DNA of 6,902 bases from Tubiluchus corallicola (Eukaryota; Animalia; Priapulida), in assembly GCA_030141605.1 (NCBI GenBank), contig JAQGDQ010002240.1:1-6902 (forward strand). Direction: 5' to 3'. A program made the translations under genes and the position numbers. The first letter of the stretch is position 1; every line of letters starts with the position of its first letter. Shown one piece after another: positions 1-6,902 of this stretch. The notes below the pieces were generated by a model. The model saw only the letters and a list, made by a program, of their open reading frames with translations, was not told the DNA's origin and ran no database searches.

Positions 1-12
1 CTGCCAAACAGG

Positions 13-34
13 CTCACTTTTTTCTCACTTTTTT
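13..34 (+). repeat. 11-bp tandem duplication (CTCACTTTTTT)x2
   Basis: Exact direct repeat at 13-23 and 24-34. Confidence 0.8.
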
Positions 35-60
35 CGACTGAACATTTCCTGAGGTAGGAA

Positions 61-127
61 TAATAATAATATAACTATTGTTATAACTAAATATATAACT
101 GAATAACTAAATAAATGTAACTGAATA
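61..127 (+). repeat. AT-rich low-complexity tract with recurring TAACT(A/G) motif
   Basis: (TAA)3, then ATAACT at 71, 83, 95 and 103, and GTAACT at 117. Confidence 0.65.
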
Positions 128-746
128 CGAGATTACATCTCTTATATTAATATTCTTGGTATATATATTTATTTATATATATATAAGATTCGAGGCTACA
201 GCCCGGACGAGGGCACCATTTGCGGCGATCTATATATCAAACGAAAGGTCTCGATCTAGTGTCGTCTCATTGGGGGTTTATTTTTCGAATCGGGCCCACC
301 GGGAGGAACGGGGGGCGAAAAACCTCCAAAAATGGCCATTTTTCGGCCGTTTTTTGCAAAAGTTATACGGCTGAGATGTAGAGAACGGGAATGGGCCGAG
401 GGGGGTACTGGGTATGGATAGATAGCCCGTTCAGCGGTGGGTGTCATAGGCCTATTTAGAATTCCCGAGAGGGCCAGGGCGCCCCGCAACGGGCGTTTTC
501 CCGGACCCAACTCGCGATTTTTTCGAAATTTTGACCAAACAGCCTGCGGGAAAAACGTTCTAGCGGCGCCCGGTGGGACTCTCGGAAGGAGATATATAGC
601 TCTTTACAAAGAGGAAGGACAGGGCTACACGATGATGTGGGCTATATGTTAGGGCAGGTCCACCGAGAGGAGTATCAACGAGTTAGTTAGGAGTTCTATT
701 TTCGGCAATTTTCGCTTAGAAAACTGCTGACGCAAAAGCATTGTTG

Positions 747-754
747 TGACGTCA
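747..754. promoter_or_regulatory. Perfect CRE-consensus palindrome TGACGTCA in the core (also 2509-2516, 4086-4093, 5629-5636); function unproven
   Basis: Exact CREB/ATF consensus match in all four units, with TGACGCAA 19 bp upstream. Motif match only. Confidence 0.3.
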
Positions 755-908
755 TCCATTGTATTCTGTCTATAAGCTTATAACTTAATTCAGCAAAAAG
801 CTGCTACAGGCAAAGTAAACAAACAGTAGACACGATGTTACGGGCTTTGTGTTATACATGTGGACTAGGTAGGATGTTCGCGTATTATTGATTACACGTG
901 TATTTATA

Positions 909-935
909 CGCAATCTTTTGCGGGGCCTTTGCTAT
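909..935 (+). other. Degenerate internal core terminus (hairpin + CTAT); copies at 2672-2700 and 4249-4277
   Basis: Same sequence as 5798-5826 but CTAG reads CTAT (932-935, 2697-2700, 4274-4277). Unit 1 also lacks two A's of the stem (CGCAA-TCTT-TTGCG). Confidence 0.8.
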
Positions 936-1071
936 TTATTATATTATAGCACATAGTTTCAACTTTGTGAAAAATGTTTGGAATGGTTTTGTTGTAATGC
1001 TGTGCTGTTGGTGCTTGTGCTATAGGTGTTGTCATCGTTGCCACCATCATCATCAACATCATGATCACCAC

Positions 1072-1860
1072 GTGAGGTGGTGGATTTGATGTGGTGTGGT
1101 GGTGGTGTGCTTTGTGTGTTGTGCTATGGATGGTGTGGTGGGGTGATAGGGTGTGTGGGGTGTGGTGTGGGTAGTGTGGTATGGAGTGGGTGGCGTGGTG
1201 TGTGGGTGGGTGGGTGTTGTGGTGCGGTGTGGTGTTATGGTGTGGTGCAGTGCGGTGTGATGTGGTGGAGTATTATGGTGTGGGTGGTGTGGTGTGTGGG
1301 TGGTGCGGTGTGGTGTGGTGCAGTGGTATGGTGTGGTGCAGTCGTATGGTGTGGTTGGTGTGGTGTGGTATGTGGGTCGTGCGGTGTGCTGCAGTGGTAT
1401 GTTGTGGTGCGGTGTGGTGTGATGTGGTGGAGTGGTATGGTGTGGGTGGTGTGGTGTGTAGGTGGGTGGGTGGTGTGGTGCAGTGTGGTGTTATGGTGTG
1501 GTGCTGTGCGGTGTGATGTGGTGGAGTATTATGGTGTGGGTGGTGTGGTGTTATGGTGTGGTGCAGTGTGGTGTTATGGTGTGGTGCTGTGCAGTGTGAT
1601 GTGGTGGAGTATTATGGTGTGGGTGGTGCAGTGGTATGGTGTGGTGCAGTGTGGTGTGATGTGGTGGAGTGGTATGGTGTGGGTGGTGTGGTGTGTAGGT
1701 GGTATGGTGTGGTGTGGGTGGTGTGGTGTGTAGGTGGGTGGGTGGTGTGGTGCAGTGTGGTGTTATGGTGTGGTGCTGTGCAGTGTGGTGCAGTGTGGTG
1801 TTATGGTGTGGTGCAGTGTGCTGTGATGAGGTGGAGTGGTGTGGTGTGGGTTTTGTGTTG
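1072..1860 (+). repeat. G/T-rich minisatellite built from degenerate GTGGT 5-mers (789 bp, unit 1)
   Basis: Variants GTGGT, GCAGT, ATGGT, GTGAT, GCGGT. The landmark GATG(T/A)GGTGGAGT recurs at 1259, 1421, 1515, 1598, 1658 and 1825. Confidence 0.95.
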
Positions 1861-1867
1861 ATTTGTG

Positions 1868-1897
1868 CACAAAATTCTTTTTGTGGGGTTTGGCTAG
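1868..1897 (+). other. Distal Helitron-type 3' terminus (hairpin + CTAG); copies at 3447-3476 and 4991-5020
   Basis: CACAAAA-TTCT-TTTTGTG 7-bp stem, 8-nt spacer, CTAG; identical in all three long units. Confidence 0.82.
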
Positions 1898-1919
1898 TCC
1901 TATATATTAATATTCTTGG

Positions 1920-1947
1920 TATATATATATATATATATATATATATA
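1920..1947. repeat. (TA)14 microsatellite near the unit 5' end; interrupted versions at ~160-185, ~3499-3524 and ~5044-5067
   Basis: Pure TA run in unit 2; TATATATATTTATTTATATATATATA in units 1 and 3; TATCTTAATATATATATATATATA in unit 4. Confidence 0.95.
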
Positions 1948-2809
1948 AGATTCGAGGCTACAGCCCGGACGAGGGCACCATTTGCGGCGATCTATATATC
2001 AAACGAAAGGTCTCGATCTAGTGTCGTGCCATTGATGGTTTATTTTTCGAATCGGGCCCACCGGGAGGAACGGGAGGCGAAAAACCTCCAAAAATGGCCA
2101 TTTTTCGGCCGTTTTTTGCAAAAGTTATACGGCTGAGATGTAGAGAACGGGAACGGGCCGAGGGGGGTGCTGGGTATGGATAGATAGCCCGTTCAGCGGT
2201 GGGTGTCATAGGCCTATTTAGAATTCCCGAGAGGGCCACGGCGCCCCGCAACGGGCGTTTTCCCGGACCCAACTCGCGATTTTTTCGAAATTTTGACCAA
2301 ACAGCCTGCGGGAAAAACGTTCTAGCGTCGCCCGGTGGGACTCTAGGAAGGAGATATGGGGCTCTTTACAAAGAGGAAGGACAGGGCTACACGATGATGT
2401 GGGATACATTTTAGGGCAGGTCCACCGAGAGGAGTATCAACGAGTTAATTGGATGTTCTATTTTCGACAATTTTCGCTTAGAAAACTGCTGACGCAAAGG
2501 CATTGTTGTGACGTCATCCATTGTACTCTGTCTATAATCTTATAGCTTTAATTCAGCAAAAAGCTGCTACAGGCAAAGTAAACAAACAGTAGACACGATG
2601 TTACGGGCTTTGTGTTATAAATGTGGACTAGGTAGGATGTTCGCGTATTATTGATTACACGTGTATTTATACGCAAAATCTTTTGCGGGGCCTTTGCTAT
2701 TTATTATATTATAGCACATAGTTTCAACTTTGTGAAAAATGTTTGGAATGGTTTTGTTGTAATGCTGTGCTGTTGGTGCTTGTGCTATAGGTGTCGTCAT
2801 CGTTGCCAC

Positions 2810-2827
2810 CATCATCATCATCATCAT
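2810..2827 (+). repeat. (CAT)n microsatellite: n=6 here, n=3 at 1045-1053, n=5 at 4387-4401
   Basis: Direct reading; matches the differing His runs in the ORF track. Confidence 0.9.
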
Positions 2828-2845
2828 CAACATCATGATCACCAC

Positions 2846-3439
2846 GTGAGGTGGTGGATTTGATGTGGTGTGGTGGTGGTGTGCTTTGTGTGTTGTGCTA
2901 TGGATGGTGTGGTGGGGTGATAGGGTGTGTGGGGTGTGGTGTGGGTAGTGTGGTATGGAGTGGGTGGCGTGGTGTGTGGGTGGGTGGGTGTTGTGGTGCA
3001 GTGTGGTGTGATGTGGTGGAGTATTATGGTGTGGGTGGTGTGGTGTGGTGTGTGGGTGGTGCGGTGTGGTGTGGTGCAGTGGTATGGTGTGGTGCAGTGT
3101 GGTGTGATGTGGTGGAGTCGTATGGTGTGGGTGGTGTGGTGGTGTGTGTGGGTGGTGCGGTGTGCTGCAGTGGTATGGTGTGGTGCGGTGTGGTGTGATG
3201 TGGTGGAGTGGTATGGTGTGGGTGGTGTGGTGTGTAGGTGGGTGGGTGGTGTGGTGCAGTGTGGTGTTATGGTGTGGTGCTGTGCGGTATGATGTGGTGG
3301 AGTATTATGGTGTAGGTGGTATGGTGTGGTGCAGTGTGGTGGTATTGTGTGGTGCAGTGTGGTGCGATGAGGTGGAGTGGTATGGTGTGGTGCAGTGTGG
3401 TGTGATGAGGTGGAGTGGTGTGGTGTGGGTTGTGTGTTG
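2846..3439 (+). repeat. G/T-rich GTGGT minisatellite (594 bp, unit 2)
   Basis: Same motifs and the same start and end as 1072-1860; interior blocks differ. Confidence 0.95.
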
Positions 3440-3476
3440 ATTTGTGCACAAAATTCTTTTTGTGGGGTTTGGCTAG

Positions 3477-5020
3477 TCTCTTATATTAATATTCTTGGTA
3501 TATATATTTATTTATATATATATAAGATTCGAGGCTACAGCTTCGACGAGGGCACCATTTGCGGCGATCTATATATCAAACGAAAGGTCTCGATCTAGTG
3601 TCGTCTCATTGGGGGTTTATTTTTCGAATCGGGCCCACCGCGAGGAACGGGGGGCGAAAAACCTCCAAAAATGGCCATTTTTCGGCCGTTTTTTGCAAAA
3701 GTTATACGGCTGAGATGTAGAGAACGGGAATGGGCCGAGGGTGGTGCTGGGTATGGATAGATAGCCCGTTCAGCGATGGGTGTCATAGGCCTATTTAGAA
3801 TTCGCGAGAGGGCCACGGCGCCCCGCAACGGGCGTTTTCCCGGACCCAACTCGCGATTTTTTCGAAATTTTGACCAAACAGCCTGCGGAAAAAACGTTCT
3901 AGCGGCGCCCGGTGGGACTCTCGGAAGGAGATATATAGCTCTTTACAAAGAGGAAGAACGGGGCTACACGATGATGTGGGCTATATTTTAGGGCAGGTCC
4001 ACCGAGAGGAGTACCGACGAGTTAATTGGATGTTCTATTTTCGACAATTTTCACTTAGAAAACTGCTGACGCAAAGCCATTGTAGTGACGTCATCCATTG
4101 TACTCTGTCTATAATCTTATAGCTTTAATTCAGCAAAAAGCTGCTACAGGCAAAGTAAACAAACAGTAGGCAGGATGTTACGGGCTTTGTGTTATAAATG
4201 AGTACTAGGTAGAATGTTCGCGTATTATTGATTACACGTGTATTTATACGCAAAATCTTTTGCGGGGCCTTTGCTATTTATTATATTATAGCACATAGTT
4301 TCAACTTTGTGAAAAATGTTTGGAATGGTTTTGTTGTAATGCTGTGCTGTTGGTGCTTGTGCTATAGGTGTCGTCATCGTTGCCACCATCATCATCATCA
4401 TCAACATCATGATCACCACGTGAGGTGGTGGATTTGATGTGGTGTGGTGGTGGTGTGCTTTGTGTGTTGTGCTATGGATGGTGTGGTGGGGTGATAGGGT
4501 GTGTGGGGTGGGTAGTGTGGTATGGAGTGGGTGGCGTGGTGTGTGGGTGGGTGGGTGTTGTGGTGCAGTGTGGTGTGATGTGGTGGAGTCGTATGGTGTG
4601 GGTGGTGTGGTGTGGTGTTTGGGTGGTGCGGTGTGCTGCAGTGGTATGGTGTGGTGCGGTGTGGTGTGATGTGGTGGAGTGGTATGGTGTGGGTGGTGTG
4701 GTGTGTGGGTGGTGCGGTGTGCTGCAGTGGTATGGTGTGGTGCGATGTGGTGTGATGTGGTGGAGTGGTATGGTGTGGTGTGTAGGCGGGTGGGTGGTGC
4801 AGTGGTATGGTGTGGTGCAGTGTGGTGTGATGTGGTGGAGTGGTATGGTGTGAGTGGTGTGGTGTGTAGGTGGTATGGTATGGTGCGGTGTGGTGGTATT
4901 GTGTGGTGCGATGAGGTGGAGTGGTATGGTGTGGTGCAGTGTGGTGTGATGAGGTGGAGTGGTGTGGTGTGGGTTGTGTGTTGATTTGTGCACAAAATTC
5001 TTTTTGTGGGGTTTGGCTAG
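3477..5020 (+). mobile_element. Long unit 3 (1544 bp): core 3477-4277 + extension 4278-5020
   Basis: 5' end including the interrupted TA tract is identical to unit 1; hairpin 4991-5008, CTAG 5017-5020. Confidence 0.85.
4420..4983 (+). repeat. G/T-rich GTGGT minisatellite (564 bp, unit 3)
   Basis: Same motifs and the same start and end as 1072-1860; interior blocks differ. Confidence 0.95.
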
Positions 5021-5021
5021 T

Positions 5022-5826
5022 TCTATTATATTAATATTCTTGGTATCTTAATATATATATATATATAAGATTCGAGGCTACAGCCCGGACGAGGGCACCA
5101 TTTGCGGCGATTTATACATCAAACGAAAGGTCTCGATCTAGTGTCGTCTCATTGGGGGTTTATTTTTCGAATTGGGCCCACAGCGAGGAAGGGGAGGCGA
5201 AAAACCTCCAAAAATGGCCATTTTTCGGCCGTTTTTTGCAAAAGTTATACGGCTGAGATGTAGAGAACGGGAACGGGCCGAGGGGGGTGCTGGGTATGGA
5301 TAGATAGCCCGTTCAGCGGTGGGTGTCATAGGCCTATTTAGAATTCCCAAGAGGGCCACGGGGTCCCGTAACGGGCGTTTTCGCGGACCCAACTCGCGAT
5401 TTTTTCGAAATTTTGATCAAACAGCCTGCGGGAAAAACGTTCTAGCGGCGCCTGGTGGGACTCTCGGAAGGAGATATATAGCTCTTTACAAAGAAGAAGA
5501 ACGGGGCTACACGATGATGTGGGATATATGTTAGGGCAGGTCCACCGAGAGGAGTACTGGCGAGTTAATTAGAGGTTCCATTTTCGGCAATTTTCGCTTA
5601 GAAAACTGCTGACGCAAAGGCATTGTAGTGACGTCATCCATTGTACTCTGTCTATAATCTTATAACTTTAATTCAGTAAAAGCTGCTACAGGCTTTGCGT
5701 TAGTTAAACAAACTGTAGGCATGATGTTACGGGCTTTGCGTTATAAATGTGGACTAGGTAGGATGTTCGCGTGTTATTGATTATACGTGGTTTTTTACGC
5801 AAAATCTTTTGCGGGGCCTTTGCTAG
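5022..5826 (+). mobile_element. Short unit 4 (805 bp): core only, ending at the intact core terminator
   Basis: Starts TCTATTATATTAATATTCTTGGTA; ends CGCAAAA-TC-TTTTGCG-gggcctttg-CTAG, then T and unrelated AT-rich flank. Confidence 0.85.
5798..5826 (+). other. Intact Helitron-type 3' terminus of the core (hairpin + CTAG)
   Basis: Inverted repeat CGCAAAA/TTTTGCG at 5798-5813, 9-nt spacer, CTAG at 5823-5826. Homology to the other units stops here. Confidence 0.85.
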
Positions 5827-6160
5827 TTTTAAATAATAATAATATAACATTGACGCTTACTATTTTTCCACTCTTTAAAAATTTGAGTAGATTAAGTGTA
5901 CACAATACAATTTCTGCAACTTAGTACATAATTTAATTCCAAATGTATTTTTAATACTGTAATGTTTTTTGTATAATAATCAGCTAAAAAATGTCATGCG
6001 CCTGTAAGTAAACTTGTATTTTTAATAAGGGGCAGCTAATCAAGTGACCAATAGGTCTTTCGCTGCTTCTTCTCACTTGCATTGAAATGTCGAATTTTAA
6101 CTGCTATTGAGAAAATAAAGTTGAATTGAAATGGAAAATTGAGGGGCGCGCGAACTCGGT

Positions 6161-6295
6161 TTAAGACGTTCTTGTACTCCTGATGTACTTTGTACAACCA
6201 GCTGAAAACGTGATGGGGTTTAAATTATCTGCCTGCTCAAAGTAACCGTCTCTGGGCACTTCAAGGCTATTGCGGAGTTTGATGATTCCGATCAC
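6161..6295 (-). CDS. Possible host exon fragment (VIGIIKLRNSLEVPRDGYFEQ...), unidentified
   Basis: Higher-GC patch within the AT-rich flank, open in the frame of ORF 6161..6457. On the minus strand it is preceded by branch-like CTACTAAT (6316-6309) and acceptor ...tataAG (6297-6296). No recognisable protein family; 3' boundary uncertain. Confidence 0.22.
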   Translation of the reverse strand: MIGIIKLRNSLEVPRDGYFEQADNLNPITFSAGCTKYIRSTRTS

Positions 6296-6902
6296 CTTAT
6301 AACACATAATTAGTAGATTGCATGGTTTGAATATGTCACATAAGCAAAGTAAGTAAGTAAAAAAATTTATTTGTCTCTGAATGTTACAAAATAAACATAA
6401 ACAAAAGCTAAAAACTAAAATAAAGACGGAAAAGAGACGGGGTGGCGAAAAGACCAAAGGTCACCAAGTTAACCGCCCCTATCCAAACTGAAGAAAATTA
6501 AGTGACCTGTCAGGTAAGGTATGTACAAATGAAAATAATCAGCAACTTAACAAAACAAAAAAAATGAGGCAACAAGTTCGAATGAGTTTAAATTTAGAAA
6601 CAGTAAATAAATTTGGCAGTGAGAAGAAGCAAAATTTATATTAGCAAACAGAACGGAAAATTTAAACTCATCAAAAACAAAACTAATAATTACATATAAA
6701 TCAAGAACTCAAACCATTAATGTTGAAAATATCAATGCATCATTCAAAACTGCAGATGCTGATGTGCACAGAAAATATAATAGTTTCGTTTGTTGGAATG
6801 AAATTTATAGCTGATCTTAACTTTTCATCTGATCAAAATTTTGATGGTGGTGTCAAAATACTCATTAATCAGCGAGAACTTTTAACTGCTTGAAAACGCT
6901 TT

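Larger units (their letters stand above)
138..1897 (+). mobile_element. Long unit 1 (1760 bp): core 138-935 + extension 936-1897
   Basis: Starts TCTCTTATATTAATATTCTTGGTA; ends CACAAAA-TTCT-TTTTGTG-gggtttgg-CTAG. Confidence 0.85.
1898..3476 (+). mobile_element. Long unit 2 (1579 bp): core 1898-2700 + extension 2701-3476
   Basis: Starts TCCTATATATTAATATTCTTGGTA; same 3' hairpin (3447-3464) and CTAG (3473-3476). Core is roughly 4% divergent from unit 1 by hand count. Confidence 0.85.
138..5826 (+). mobile_element. Head-to-tail tandem array of non-autonomous Helitron-like elements (3 long units + 1 short unit)
   Basis: Left edge ...gattacA|TCtctt (A137|T138); right edge ...ttgCTAG|Tttt (G5826|T5827). 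No target-site duplication and no terminal inverted repeats. Internal junctions are CTAG|TC at 1897/1898 and 3476/3477, and CTAG-T-TC at 5020-5023. 5'-TC, a 3' hairpin plus CTRR, and an A|T target are the established Helitron hallmarks. Confidence 0.88.

Noticed and set aside
256-260. Internal CTAGT in the core as another element end
   Set aside because: No clear hairpin precedes it, and no unit ends or changes homology there.
156-652. Recurrent 71-84 aa ORFs in the core
   Set aside because: They recur only because the DNA is repeated. They show no HUH/Rep or Pif1 helicase motifs and are short and overlapping, with many amino-acid changes between units.
186-935. Tandem RNA-gene unit (5S rRNA, snRNA, SL RNA or tRNA)
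   Set aside because: I recognise no 5S, tRNA or snRNA sequence, and the boundaries are fully explained by Helitron termini. An Rfam scan would settle it.
1259-1837. CRISPR-like recurring landmark with spacers
   Set aside because: The intervening sequences are the same low-complexity repeat with irregular lengths; there are no cas genes and the context is eukaryotic-like.
1072-1860. Telomeric TG1-3 or TTAGGG-type tract
   Set aside because: It has regular A/C-containing 5-mer variants and higher-order blocks, is internal to a repeated element, and matches no canonical telomere unit.
1077-2136. Long V/W/C/G-rich ORFs (218, 145, 111, 102 aa) and equivalents in units 2 and 3
   Set aside because: They are open in several frames only because GTGGT repeats rarely make stop codons; frames and lengths differ between units.
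138-2700. LTR/TRIM-like layout (800-bp direct repeats flanking an internal region)
   Set aside because: The repeats start TC and end CTAG/CTAT rather than TG...CA. There is no target-site duplication and no evident primer-binding site. The internal region ends in a Helitron hairpin-CTAG.
4225-4995. 256-aa and 173-aa His/Thr/Pro-rich minus-strand ORFs
   Set aside because: These are the reverse complement of the same satellite (ACCAC repeats) and are not preserved at this length in units 1 and 2.
6161-6457. 98-aa ORF as a complete gene
   Set aside because: The N-terminal half is F/L/C-rich translation of T-rich, intron-like DNA; only the distal part is kept as a low-confidence exon candidate.
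6505-6524. Plus-strand splice-donor-like CAG|GTAAGG overlapping the palindrome ACCTG-T-CAGGT (also GAG|GTAGGA near 51-59)
   Set aside because: These are isolated short motifs with no supportable exon, and they conflict with the equally weak minus-strand exon hints.

Overview
Eukaryotic-looking, largely non-coding DNA. Positions 138-5826 hold a head-to-tail array of a non-autonomous rolling-circle (Helitron-type) element, inserted between A137 and T5827 with no target-site duplication. It has three long units (138-1897, 1898-3476, 3477-5020) and one short unit (5022-5826). Every unit starts with TC and ends with a short hairpin followed 8-9 nt later by CTAG. All four share an ~800-bp CpG-rich core. 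In unit 4 the core ends at its own intact hairpin+CTAG. In units 1-3 that CTAG reads CTAT, and the unit runs on through a 743-962 bp extension (linker, CAT tract, strand-skewed GTGGT minisatellite) to a second, related hairpin+CTAG. The junctions also fit a nested Helitron-in-Helitron origin, and core variants are mosaic among units. No RepHel or other credible protein is encoded; the long ORFs are repeat artefacts. The flanks are AT-rich, with weak hints of small minus-strand exons near 6050-6300. All alignments and counts were done by eye.
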